DNA from: a virus
Lineage: Duplodnaviria > Caudoviricetes
IMG/VR virus record: IMGVR_UViG_3300030061_001151
Span: 1-43,630 of that record
Direction: 5' to 3' (one strand)
Length of the DNA: 43,630 bases
The notes under the pieces were generated by a model. The model was given only the letters and a program-made list of their open reading frames with translations. It was not told the origin of the DNA and ran no database searches. Both the position numbers and the translations under genes were made by a program. Shown here piece by piece: positions 8,435-17,891 of the stretch (positions within the stretch are counted from its first letter, which is position 1; each line of letters opens with the position of its first letter).

Positions 8435-9121
8435 GTGAAGACCATGACGATGAACTATCAGCCACCTAATTTAATTGGTGCAACTACTACATCTGTAGCG
8501 TCAAATGCCTTCATGGACAGGCATGACCAAGCAAGAGCAGCAGGTACAGTAATGTTGTACGAATTTAAGAATATAAAACCGAAAAAACAATTGAAAGAAA
8601 TAACTAAGATTCTTTTACCTGAGAAAAAATCTTTTCTCAAAATACCCTATAGTTTCAAATATAACATGAAAGATAGATGTGTTGTATGTGGAACACAAAA
8701 AGTTTGGGAATCAAGTGATAATCTTAGACCTCCTTTACCACTACATAAGGTTCGCAAAGGATATCCAATGAGAGGAACATATTGTGAGAAACATGCTCAA
8801 ATACATAGACAATATGAAATGTTAGAACAACAGATATTAGCGGAAGAACATGGATTGTCCTATAGTGCGTATATTCCTAAAATGCCTAATTTGAATCCAC
8901 TATCTAGTGGGCCATTAACAAGTTTAAAACAAGGAGATATACAATCTCTTGCGGGTCTAGGTTGGACAATTAAACCTCCTCAAGCAAAGAGTGAAAGTAG
9001 AGAAGAAGAATTATTTAGACTATTAATAGAAAATGAATCTAATACCAAAAGAGTGAAAGTCTTATTGACCGAAGGCGTTAAGGTTACAAGTGGAAGCGTA
9101 CAGGCGGAGAGTGAGAAGTAA
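8435..9121 (+). CDS. Hypothetical protein with a putative Zn finger (CxxC...CxxH); start may be ATG 8444 or 8450
   Basis: CVVC and YCEKH motifs. Its stop overlaps the next start (TAATG). Confidence 0.7.
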   Translation: MKTMTMNYQPPNLIGATTTSVASNAFMDRHDQARAAGTVMLYEFKNIKPKKQLKEITKILLPEKKSFLKIPYSFKYNMKDRCVVCGTQKVWESSDNLRPPLPLHKVRKGYPMRGTYCEKHAQIHRQYEMLEQQILAEEHGLSYSAYIPKMPNLNPLSSGPLTSLKQGDIQSLAGLGWTIKPPQAKSESREEELFRLLIENESNTKRVKVLLTEGVKVTSGSVQAESEK

Positions 9122-9807
9122 TGGGATTATTCGGAACAAGCAATTCACAATTGGCTACTAGTATATCTAATAGTCAACAAACACAATTTAAAACAATGAA
9201 CAATTTATTAACATTACAAGAGAATCATGTAGAAGATTTTTTTCAATATCATGGTGAGGCTTTTCTCTCTAGTATGGAACAATTAATTGAAGATGTAGTT
9301 GCTAGAGTAGTTGGAGATATGTTATCAAAATTGGAATTTAATACATCAAGTGGTGGTTTTGTTTTAAATACAGATGTTAAAGAACAATTTCAACAAATTA
9401 CTGATGCTAACATAGAATTAGATTTACAGAACTTATTGAATTCAGCAATAAATTCAGAAGTTATTATGCAACGTAGAATGGCTAAAGCACAATACTTGGA
9501 GTCTCAAGGATTCGGTGGACAAGCAGCCGCTACACAACCCCAACTTAGCAATCCGATGGGAATGAACCCACAAAATATACAAGGTAGTAATATGGGAACA
9601 GGAATAAATAATACTATGATGCAGCAACAAATGGCTATGAATAATGGTAGTGGATATCCTGTTCCTCCTGCCGGATACGATAATATGAATAATGCATATT
9701 GGATAGACCCTAATACAGGTCAAATGACATATACACCTCCTGCAAGTGGATTAGGTTTAGGTGCGGCTATAACCAAAGGCGTTGCTTGGGCTAAATGGCT
9801 TGCATAA
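9121..9807 (+). CDS. Hypothetical protein: helical N-terminal half, Q/N/M/G/P low-complexity region, amphipathic C-terminus
   Basis: Begins MGLFG and ends GLGLGAAITKGVAWAKWLA. Translationally coupled to the upstream gene. Confidence 0.75.
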   Translation: MGLFGTSNSQLATSISNSQQTQFKTMNNLLTLQENHVEDFFQYHGEAFLSSMEQLIEDVVARVVGDMLSKLEFNTSSGGFVLNTDVKEQFQQITDANIELDLQNLLNSAINSEVIMQRRMAKAQYLESQGFGGQAAATQPQLSNPMGMNPQNIQGSNMGTGINNTMMQQQMAMNNGSGYPVPPAGYDNMNNAYWIDPNTGQMTYTPPASGLGLGAAITKGVAWAKWLA

Positions 9808-9820
9808 GGTGGTTTGATGT

Positions 9821-11824
9821 ATGGGCGAAATGACAATACCTGCTGACATAGTTCCTAATACAGAACAAGACGTTGTATTAGATACTAAAGAACTAAGTCA
9901 GAATTTTGATGCATTGAGTTCTCAAGATAATAAGAACCCTATTCCATTAAGTATGTTAGCATATATCTTTTCTAGAGTTATGCGTTCTAGTGAAAGAAGT
10001 GATAAAATGAAAGAAGTAAAAACACAGTTAATAAGTCTGTTACAAAAAGATGATGCTGATTTTGAAATGTTGCGAAGAAGAGAAGAGGGATTAATTGACA
10101 AAATTACTGAAGCAGAAATAGATAGACATTTTAGACATTATTTAGATAAAATAGAAGAAACAGATATATTGAACTTGATAACTGCATTAAAAGAAAATGA
10201 CTATATAGATAAAATTAGTTTTGACCTCTTAGATGATGATAAATTAAAAAATTTTAAATTATCACAATTGGATAATCAATCTGCAATAAATAGATTAATG
10301 AGTGTAGTTGAAAGAGGAGAAGATGTATCATCTGAAGATGAACCTGAAGATGAACCTGAAGATGAGGATGATGATTTTGAAAGAAGTGGAAAATTAATGA
10401 GTGCTATTGATAGTTCTAAACCTATACTGTATCCTATGATTACACAGTACATAAAAGAGAAAGGAGAAGGATTTGAAATAGATACTAAAGAATATATGAA
10501 CGAAGTCTTTGAAAAAGAAGGATTTGGTTCTATTGATAGTGAAGATTTTCCTTTTAAAACAGGTTTGCTTGGAGGTAAATTTAAGCAACAAAAAGGTGAA
10601 GAACAGGGTGAAGAAAAAGGAATTCCATTATTACATTTGAAGTTAGTTGGCAAAAAAGGTGTAGGGAGATATGAAAAAGGTGAAGATAAATTTCTTCTTG
10701 AAACCTTTGAAGGTAGTAAAAAATTTGACACATTGGAAGATGCATATGATGGTATAGAAGATTTTATGAAAAAAACACTAAGCAGCAAAAATTTTCTTGA
10801 TAAGATAATACTTAAACAAGACAAACATCCCTTGAAGAATATTCTTTTAAAATATTTAACCGCAGAAAGAAGAGAATTAAGATTAGGTAACATAAGTGTA
10901 GATATAGAAACAGATTTTGTGAAAGAAAAAGAAAAATGGGTAGCAAGTATGGAAAAGAAATTTAATTTAGCGGGAGGTATAGATGTTAAATTAACTCGTA
11001 AAGATAGAACAATAGCAAAAAATATATTTCAAATTATGTCAAAGTTTGAGAACTTCGATGGTGAATTATTACAGTCTTTAGTAGATAATGAAGTACAGGG
11101 TCAAAAAGATGCAAATGACATTATTTTAGACTATTATGGTGTATCTGAAGCAAAGGATGCTGCTGAAGACACACAAAATGAAATAGAAGATAATAACAAT
11201 AACTGGTCTGAAATTGAAACTCCATATAAATTATTAAAAGAAAACGATGAAGTGCCTGTTAATTTGATGGATATTTTAGATGAATATAAGGCATTACAAA
11301 CTAAAAATGAATTTGATTTTGAAAATGTTATGCTTTATGTAAAAGATTTTGCCAGTGGAGGAAAGGGAAAGGCGGGATATGTACAAGGAGCAAGTAGAAT
11401 ACCAATAATTACTGCTGATGTAACATTTAATATGTCTACGCTTCTTGATACTAGACCTAAAAATTATCAAATGTTTATTCGCAAACCTAGAGCCGCACGT
11501 AATGTTAGTAGAGGTAAAAAACAAAGAGAAGGTAGATTTAAGGAATTAAGACAAAAAGAGGAACGATTCAAGAATCCTAAACTACGAGCAAAGTATTTAG
11601 GTCCATTTAATCTTAGTGATGAAAAAATTGATGCTTACTTTGAAGGTCGCTATGAACCACTATCAGATGAAGAAAGAGAAGAATTTGAAAATCTTACTGA
11701 AGAGTTAAAGAGGGAAGAAGAAAAAGAAACAGAACAACCATTTGATATAGTTAAAATTCAGAAAGATTTTTTAAATGTTAAAAGAGCCTATAACAGTCTT
11801 AAGGCAATAGTAGGAGGTAATTAA
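9821..11824 (+). CDS. Large acidic, charged hypothetical protein
   Basis: 667-aa ORF with no recognisable motif. Contains a short EDEP tandem repeat near 10334-10363. Confidence 0.75.
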   Translation: MGEMTIPADIVPNTEQDVVLDTKELSQNFDALSSQDNKNPIPLSMLAYIFSRVMRSSERSDKMKEVKTQLISLLQKDDADFEMLRRREEGLIDKITEAEIDRHFRHYLDKIEETDILNLITALKENDYIDKISFDLLDDDKLKNFKLSQLDNQSAINRLMSVVERGEDVSSEDEPEDEPEDEDDDFERSGKLMSAIDSSKPILYPMITQYIKEKGEGFEIDTKEYMNEVFEKEGFGSIDSEDFPFKTGLLGGKFKQQKGEEQGEEKGIPLLHLKLVGKKGVGRYEKGEDKFLLETFEGSKKFDTLEDAYDGIEDFMKKTLSSKNFLDKIILKQDKHPLKNILLKYLTAERRELRLGNISVDIETDFVKEKEKWVASMEKKFNLAGGIDVKLTRKDRTIAKNIFQIMSKFENFDGELLQSLVDNEVQGQKDANDIILDYYGVSEAKDAAEDTQNEIEDNNNNWSEIETPYKLLKENDEVPVNLMDILDEYKALQTKNEFDFENVMLYVKDFASGGKGKAGYVQGASRIPIITADVTFNMSTLLDTRPKNYQMFIRKPRAARNVSRGKKQREGRFKELRQKEERFKNPKLRAKYLGPFNLSDEKIDAYFEGRYEPLSDEEREEFENLTEELKREEEKETEQPFDIVKIQKDFLNVKRAYNSLKAIVGGN

Positions 11825-11825
11825 A

Positions 11826-12926
11826 ATGGGCAAAGTTTCATCCCCTAGTGATTTTACAAATATAAATGTGGATTATTCAGCAGGTAATGGACATTATACT
11901 ACTCATACAGATATTTCTAATTTATTACAAATAAGTTCGTTTAGTGCAAATACAACTCCTAATCTTTCTGAAATAGGTAAACTAATAAAAAGAGCAGAAG
12001 AAAAAATTGATGATTCTATTAAAACATCATACAGACCTATTATTTACAAAGACGAATTCCATTCATTTGATAATCTAAGACAACGTGCATATCCTATTAG
12101 ACCATACAAAGACTATGTAGGATTTATTCAGTTAAGTTATCCTAAAGTACAAAAGTTGGTTAGATTAGAAGTATATCAAGGCGATGTATGGAAAGATTTG
12201 GCTTCTGCTACTGCAACATTAACAGTTCCTAATTCTGCAACTACAAATGATTGGACAATAACATTAACTGTAGGTAATCCTACTACCTATACTTTTGAAA
12301 TTAAAAACTTAGCAAATAACAGTGTTAGACATTTTTATGATAATTTTGGCCCTAAGACTACGGCAAGTCAAATAGTTGATGCTATTAATGAAGTGTACCC
12401 TATGAAAACTGCTAAGTTTACAGGAGAAACTGCACCTAAATCTATTACTGCAAATGGTTCTACTACTGTACATGTTTCTGATTTCTTTTATGCTACTTTA
12501 GATAGTGAAGATAAAACAACCATAGTAATTAGTTCATTATTAGATGGAGAAGATGGAACATTTTGTACATTATCTTCTACATATGGTTCAGTATCTTCCT
12601 TTGATGATAATCAAACTTCAGGAAGAGATGATGATTATTGGACTATAAATGATGAAGGAAAAATTTTCTTTAGACAACAATACCCATATAATCAACACCA
12701 TTCAATTAGAGTTACCTATGTTGCAGGTGAAGGTAGAGTACCTGCTCCTATACATGAGGCAGCCACAAAACTTGTAGCGGCTGAAATAATTAGACATGAT
12801 GATAATTCAATATTAATTGCTGAAACAGGTTCTAATATTGATTTGAAAGCCAAACATGATATATTATTGGAAGAAGCAAATGCAATCTTAAATGGGAAGA
12901 AAAACCTTGTTCATTTTATATCGTGA
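11826..12926 (+). CDS. Head-tail adaptor (neck) protein
   Basis: N-terminal YTT..DI..LL and C-terminal IRVTYVAG..RVPAPIHEAATKLVA, as in gp6/gp15-like adaptors. Position between head and tail genes. Confidence 0.7.
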   Translation: MGKVSSPSDFTNINVDYSAGNGHYTTHTDISNLLQISSFSANTTPNLSEIGKLIKRAEEKIDDSIKTSYRPIIYKDEFHSFDNLRQRAYPIRPYKDYVGFIQLSYPKVQKLVRLEVYQGDVWKDLASATATLTVPNSATTNDWTITLTVGNPTTYTFEIKNLANNSVRHFYDNFGPKTTASQIVDAINEVYPMKTAKFTGETAPKSITANGSTTVHVSDFFYATLDSEDKTTIVISSLLDGEDGTFCTLSSTYGSVSSFDDNQTSGRDDDYWTINDEGKIFFRQQYPYNQHHSIRVTYVAGEGRVPAPIHEAATKLVAAEIIRHDDNSILIAETGSNIDLKAKHDILLEEANAILNGKKNLVHFIS

Positions 12927-13114
12927 TTAATATGGAAGATGTTATCAAATTGTTTAAAGAAATTGTTGCAATTCAGCAACAGCGTAATGATATGTTAAAG
13001 GATAGTATATATGCTGAATTTGCATTATCTGATGAAGCAGTTATAGAACAAGCCCACAGTGTATTTGATAAAGCGTTTGCAAAAAGAATAGAAGAAGAGG
13101 TTGCTAAATTATGA
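12923..13114 (+). CDS. Small helical hypothetical protein
   Basis: 63 aa, overlapping start/stop with both neighbours. Confidence 0.6.
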   Translation: MINMEDVIKLFKEIVAIQQQRNDMLKDSIYAEFALSDEAVIEQAHSVFDKAFAKRIEEEVAKL

Positions 13115-13659
13115 TGGATGAAGTAACTTTTCTTATACGCTTATTATCTGATAGATGGGATGCCGCAGTTACTTCTTTAGGTAGTCAATTACCTACAAAC
13201 CATAGACCTCTTTCTACAGGTAATAGTGCTTCTATTAAAATTTTAGATATACGTTCATTAGAACCAAAAGAAGGAAGAAGAGTTGATGTAGATTCTCATT
13301 CAGTGCTTTTAGTGTTTGAAGATGGTATGTCTCAAACAAATCCAACTATTGATACAGTGGTTAGAAATGAAACATTTAACATGACAATACATATGAGAGT
13401 ATTACATAGAAGAGACTTTTCTTCCCTTACTGATTCTAGAGATAGACTACAAAGTATTTATCGAATCACCCGATACATTTTAGAGAATAATGCTCGTAGC
13501 CCTACCGTGTATCAAGGAGGCGGAACTTCGGGAACTGTTGAAGAATCTGCTGAATTAATTACATTCACAGGTAGAAGTGAAGCCAATGATAGGGGCAAAA
13601 GGTTATTGGGCTACAAACTATCGGTAGAGATTAAGCGGTTCGGGCGAAGTACAGTTTAG
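13111..13659 (+). CDS. Putative tail terminator/completion protein
   Basis: 182 aa, directly before the major tail protein. Call rests on synteny and size. Confidence 0.5.
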   Translation: MMDEVTFLIRLLSDRWDAAVTSLGSQLPTNHRPLSTGNSASIKILDIRSLEPKEGRRVDVDSHSVLLVFEDGMSQTNPTIDTVVRNETFNMTIHMRVLHRRDFSSLTDSRDRLQSIYRITRYILENNARSPTVYQGGGTSGTVEESAELITFTGRSEANDRGKRLLGYKLSVEIKRFGRSTV

Positions 13660-13669
13660 GTGAGAAAAA

Positions 13670-15196
13670 ATGGTAAGTAATGAGATATTTGTAGGAGCAG
13701 GAGTAACTGCTAGTTTAGCACCGGAAGCCCGTATATTTCTAGGTGATGATGTTCAAACTGCTGCTACTGATACAACAAATAATAGTAGTACTGTTACATT
13801 AGATTCATACGCAGCAGGAGATATAGGGATAGATTTAGTTCCTAATCTATATGTTGGTTGTTTTATAGAAATAGAATTGGCGGCAGATGCCACTAAAAAG
13901 AACATATATCTTATTGAATCTAATACTGTAAGTACTATAACAGTTACAGGAGATATAAGAGGAGATATGGGTGCAACTACAGATGTTAAAGCAACAATAC
14001 AATCCTTTGGAGCACCTGTTCCTACGCCACCTGTTAATTCTAAAACAACTATATTATCTGACAATTGGTTAGGTCTTGTTAATACTTTTACACCACCAAA
14101 CGTAGAAGTAGAAACAGGTGAATTAAATTTAGTTGCAGGTGGTTCTAGAAATTTAGGATTTCAATTTACTAAAGGTGAAACAGTTAGTGGTGGAAGTATT
14201 GAGTTTTCAATGAATAATCCAATGTGGTTATACTATACATTAGGAAGTATGAGTTTTACTATGTCTAGTCCTACTAGTACAGATACATCGGGAATAACCA
14301 TAGATACAGATGGAACTAATAGTGCAATCATTAGAAGATTAACAGATTCAGGTGCAGGACACCATGCATATCCTGACCCTACACCTACAGGCGTTGCTCT
14401 TGCAGATGGTACTCATGGTTTAATACATGCAAGTAATCCATTTGTTTATACTATAAGTGAAAATAATAAAGGAACATTACCTTCATTTGCTCTAGATGTT
14501 GCATATGCAAAAGGTGGTAAATCGGGTGCAGACTATTCAGTTCAAACAGTACAATCATCTAGTACACCTGAAGAAGAAGTATACTCTAGAATCTTTACAG
14601 GGTGTCAAGTTAATTCTCTAAATATACAATTTGATGAAGGACAAGAAGTGAAAAATTCAGTAGAATTAGTAACTCGTAGTGCATTCGATGCACCACAAAA
14701 TTATTCACCACAAAGACAGGTAACAGACATAACATCTTTTGCAAATTATTCAGAGAATAAAATACCATACTTATTCCATGATGGTACAATTGAAATATAC
14801 GGTCAAACATTCGCTAGAGTAAAATCCGGTAGTTTAACAATAAATAATAATATTGTAGGTCAAAGATTTATTGGTAATTATAACAATCAAATTATGTCTA
14901 ACCATACTGCCGGACAAAGACAATATGAATTATCTTTAACACTTCTTATCACTGATACAAAGGTTTGGGATTTAATGAGAGAAGGTGGTGAAGATAATAC
15001 CAACATTCTCAAACTAAGATTTGAAAGAAGTGCTACTGATTTTGTAGACTTACAATTTAAAGATTATATTACTCGTTCTGTTTCTGTACCATATCCTGAT
15101 GATAAAGGACCAATTGAAGTTGAACTTACAATAAGCCCTAGAACATTACACAGTTGTACTTCACAAAGTAGATGGGCTATATTCAATGTTGATTAA
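13670..15196 (+). CDS. Major tail (tube) protein with accessory domains
   Basis: Tail-tube-like segments RIFTGCQVNSLNI and VKSGSLTINNN. Precedes the chaperone and tape measure. AGGTGA SD. Confidence 0.7.
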   Translation: MVSNEIFVGAGVTASLAPEARIFLGDDVQTAATDTTNNSSTVTLDSYAAGDIGIDLVPNLYVGCFIEIELAADATKKNIYLIESNTVSTITVTGDIRGDMGATTDVKATIQSFGAPVPTPPVNSKTTILSDNWLGLVNTFTPPNVEVETGELNLVAGGSRNLGFQFTKGETVSGGSIEFSMNNPMWLYYTLGSMSFTMSSPTSTDTSGITIDTDGTNSAIIRRLTDSGAGHHAYPDPTPTGVALADGTHGLIHASNPFVYTISENNKGTLPSFALDVAYAKGGKSGADYSVQTVQSSSTPEEEVYSRIFTGCQVNSLNIQFDEGQEVKNSVELVTRSAFDAPQNYSPQRQVTDITSFANYSENKIPYLFHDGTIEIYGQTFARVKSGSLTINNNIVGQRFIGNYNNQIMSNHTAGQRQYELSLTLLITDTKVWDLMREGGEDNTNILKLRFERSATDFVDLQFKDYITRSVSVPYPDDKGPIEVELTISPRTLHSCTSQSRWAIFNVD

Positions 15197-15200
15197 GGAG

Positions 15201-15285
15201 GAATATCAGAAATATAAGATATTCTAGTATTTGAAATTCCACCAACAATCCGTTTGTTTGTTTGTTGGTTATAAGTTAGGTGGAA
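15201..15285 (+). promoter_or_regulatory. Structured intergenic leader of the tail chaperone gene
   Basis: Pairings GAATATC/GATATTC (15201-07/15218-24), ACCAACAA/TTGTTGGT (15241-48/15262-69) and TTCCACC/GGTGGAA (15237-43/15279-85, covering the SD). Confidence 0.5.
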
Positions 15286-15289
15286 GAAA

Positions 15290-15658
15290 ATGAATAAAGA
15301 AGTAGTAAATGATAAGAGTGTGCTATTTGCACTAAATGAAACAACGATGCATGAATTAAGAGTAAGTCCAAACTCTGAACAAATAATGAAAGTTTGGGTT
15401 AAAGAACCGACATGGCTTCAGGTAGAACAAGCCCTGTCTTCTGTAATGGATTTAAATCAACAGACCCAGTCTATGAATTTAGATTTAAATAAAATGTACA
15501 GATTTATGGTAGAGAACTTTATAGAGAAAACAGAGCCTTCTCTCAATACTTTAGAACTCTTGAAATTAAGTCCTTATATTGGTAGTCAATTAAAGGAAGT
15601 ATTACCAAACCCATTCAATGATATGATAACGGAGGCTGATACGGGAAAAGAAAATTAA
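15290..15658 (+). CDS. Tail assembly chaperone (lambda gpG analogue)
   Basis: 122 aa between the tail tube and tape measure genes. Ends in a slippery heptamer. Confidence 0.75.
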   Translation: MNKEVVNDKSVLFALNETTMHELRVSPNSEQIMKVWVKEPTWLQVEQALSSVMDLNQQTQSMNLDLNKMYRFMVENFIEKTEPSLNTLELLKLSPYIGSQLKEVLPNPFNDMITEADTGKEN

Positions 15659-15867
15659 TACGAAAAGCATTAGAGGGAAAGGAAGTTTCTCCCTCTATTG
15701 GTTTACGTGTTTTATTATACTCTTATTGTAAAATATTTAGTGTAAATCCCAATGATGCAAGACATACATCAATAAAAGACATGTTAGAAATGATATCAAT
15801 ACACACAACAGTAGAAGAAATGAAAGCGGATGAAATGGAGAAATATAGAAAAAAAATGGAGAGATAA
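15643..15867 (+). CDS. -1 frameshift extension of the tail chaperone (gpGT analogue)
   Basis: G GGA AAA at 15643-15649. The -1 frame is open for 74 codons (GKRKLIRKALEG...KKMER) to TAA 15865-67, 3 nt before the tape measure start. Confidence 0.8.
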   Translation, partial: GKRKLIRKALEGKEVSPSIGLRVLLYSYCKIFSVNPNDARHTSIKDMLEMISIHTTVEEMKADEMEKYRKKMER

Positions 15868-15870
15868 GTT

Positions 15871-17187
15871 TTGACAGATGCATATGAGTCTACTACTAAT
15901 CTTGGTAAGGCATTAGGTCTTATAGAGACTCAAACACAAGGGGTTGCTACTGCTTTTGGAGATGCGGCTGAAAAAAGTAAGGTTTGGAATATTGCATCAA
16001 GACTATTATCCGGTTCAGGTTTATGGAAATTACAAAATAAAATTAGAGCGATAGGTAACGTAGTGTTTTTGTATAATAAAAATTTATCCGGTCAAGAAGA
16101 AGCCCAACGTAAAGCACTAGATGCTCAAGCAGAAATGGGTAGAACCCTACAAAGTTTGTCTACTGATTTACAAAATGCACAAAATTTTTCGGGGGGTTTA
16201 TATGAACAATTTTTGGCGTTTGAAAATTTAAAGAATCCTATGGGTGGAGTATTGAATGAAATTAATGCTCAAGAAAAAGCAGTTAAAAAATTAGAAATGG
16301 CACAGACTGGTCTAAACAAAGTTATGCAAAAACAAGCCGATTTAGAACGATACGGAAAGGTTGGTGCTTTTTTAAAAGATAAAGGTTTAGGTAAAGATGT
16401 AAATGTTTTCAGTAGAAAATTTGCAATGGATTCTGCTGCTTCTGCCATAGGTGGAACTAAAGACGTAGTTAGAACATTAACAAAAACTGTTTTAGGAACA
16501 ATTGCTTTAGTAAAACCTTCTAATTTAATAGGGGCATTTAAAAATCTTGGAACAACTAAGTTTGCTCAATTAACTACTTTAAGTTTATTTGCTTTTTCAA
16601 AATTGTTATTATTTGCCTCTATTGGAACTATATTGTTTGGTGTTCTTTATCGTAGTTGGCCTACAATTCAAAAGGCATTAGAATCTGCTGCACCACAATT
16701 TAGAGCCGCACTTGATAATGTAATAAATATTCTAAAAGGTTTATTTGTTTTCTTTAAAGCATTATTTGAAGGTAAATTGAAAACGGCACTTATGGATGGA
16801 TTACTTCCTGTTCTAACTAATTTCTTAGGCTTATTGAAGAATATACTATTCGGATTGGGTAAAATAATAGTCAACCTTATCATTGCAGGAGCAAAAGCAC
16901 TCTATAATAGAACTTTTGGTAAATTACCTTTCTTTGCTAGAGGTGGTATCTCTAGTGGAGGAATGGCGGTTGTTGGAGAAAATGGGCCTGAATTAGTTAC
17001 TTTACCATCAGGAGCAAGAGTACATTCAAATCAAGCATCAAGAGGTATGGGAGGCAATGTCATTAATGTACACGTTAATGGTAGAGTAGGTGCTAGTGAT
17101 GCAGAAATAAAAGATATTGCAAATAAAGTTGCAAGAGAAATAAACTTACGCATGAACAGAACAGGAGCATCGGCAGGTAGGTTTTAA
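15871..17187 (+). CDS. Tape measure protein (short)
   Basis: Helical Ala/Leu/Gly-rich protein with hydrophobic stretches and a typical C-terminal FARGG...VVGENGPEL motif. Synteny agrees. Confidence 0.8.
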   Translation: MTDAYESTTNLGKALGLIETQTQGVATAFGDAAEKSKVWNIASRLLSGSGLWKLQNKIRAIGNVVFLYNKNLSGQEEAQRKALDAQAEMGRTLQSLSTDLQNAQNFSGGLYEQFLAFENLKNPMGGVLNEINAQEKAVKKLEMAQTGLNKVMQKQADLERYGKVGAFLKDKGLGKDVNVFSRKFAMDSAASAIGGTKDVVRTLTKTVLGTIALVKPSNLIGAFKNLGTTKFAQLTTLSLFAFSKLLLFASIGTILFGVLYRSWPTIQKALESAAPQFRAALDNVINILKGLFVFFKALFEGKLKTALMDGLLPVLTNFLGLLKNILFGLGKIIVNLIIAGAKALYNRTFGKLPFFARGGISSGGMAVVGENGPELVTLPSGARVHSNQASRGMGGNVINVHVNGRVGASDAEIKDIANKVAREINLRMNRTGASAGRF

Positions 17188-17882
17188 TGAGTGGCGAAAA
17201 TTTTAGTGAGTTTAGAGTATTTTTAGAATTACAAAGACGGAATGAAATAGATGGTTCTTCTGCTCAAGTAAATAGAATACCTCTGTTTGTTTCAGAGATT
17301 GGTGTAAGCACTAATAAAACTGTAATGAATATGGGTGTTCCTTTTGTTGGTATGGTTAGAGGTGAATCACTTAAACTAGCATTCGATGTTGGTATGTCAG
17401 AAAAAACAATCAACATATCAGGCACACTTTTAGGACAAAGTATTGCTAAAGATAAAGGTGGTGACAATCTTAAACAAGTAAATCTAACTTCGTTTGAGAT
17501 GGCTCAATTGATTCATTCCTATACCGATGCTTCTACATTACAAGATGACCAAAATATTGCTAAGATAGTTTTCTTAATTCCCAGTCGTGCTAATCATAAT
17601 TTTGAATATCATACTGGTGTTGATGAAAATACAGATATTAATGACCTACCATTAATTCCATTTTCTTGGAAAAATAGATTATATGATAATGATTTTGCAG
17701 TAGGTGTTGGAGATGGTAAAGCACACTTTACACCTTATTCTGATAATACCAGTGCAACTGTTGGTATGACAGGCTTTATCCGTAGTTTTTCTACACAAAT
17801 AAATGCACAGGATTTTCCTGCAATAGCATTTAGTTTAGATTTTGAAGAAGCGTTGGTCATAGGAGATAATCCATTCGATTGA
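17187..17882 (+). CDS. Putative distal tail/baseplate protein
   Basis: 231 aa, coupled (TAATG) to the tape measure gene. Call rests on synteny. Confidence 0.5.
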   Translation: MSGENFSEFRVFLELQRRNEIDGSSAQVNRIPLFVSEIGVSTNKTVMNMGVPFVGMVRGESLKLAFDVGMSEKTINISGTLLGQSIAKDKGGDNLKQVNLTSFEMAQLIHSYTDASTLQDDQNIAKIVFLIPSRANHNFEYHTGVDENTDINDLPLIPFSWKNRLYDNDFAVGVGDGKAHFTPYSDNTSATVGMTGFIRSFSTQINAQDFPAIAFSLDFEEALVIGDNPFD

Positions 17883-17891
17883 GGTGTTATT

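Noticed and set aside
9121-9141. MGLFGTS as an N-myristoylation signal
   Set aside because: N-myristoyltransferase is not an established archaeal enzyme and none is encoded here.
9655-9745. YPVPPAGY and YTPP as ESCRT late-domain motifs
   Set aside because: They do not match PPxY, P(T/S)AP or YPxL exactly. The resemblance is only Pro/Tyr richness.
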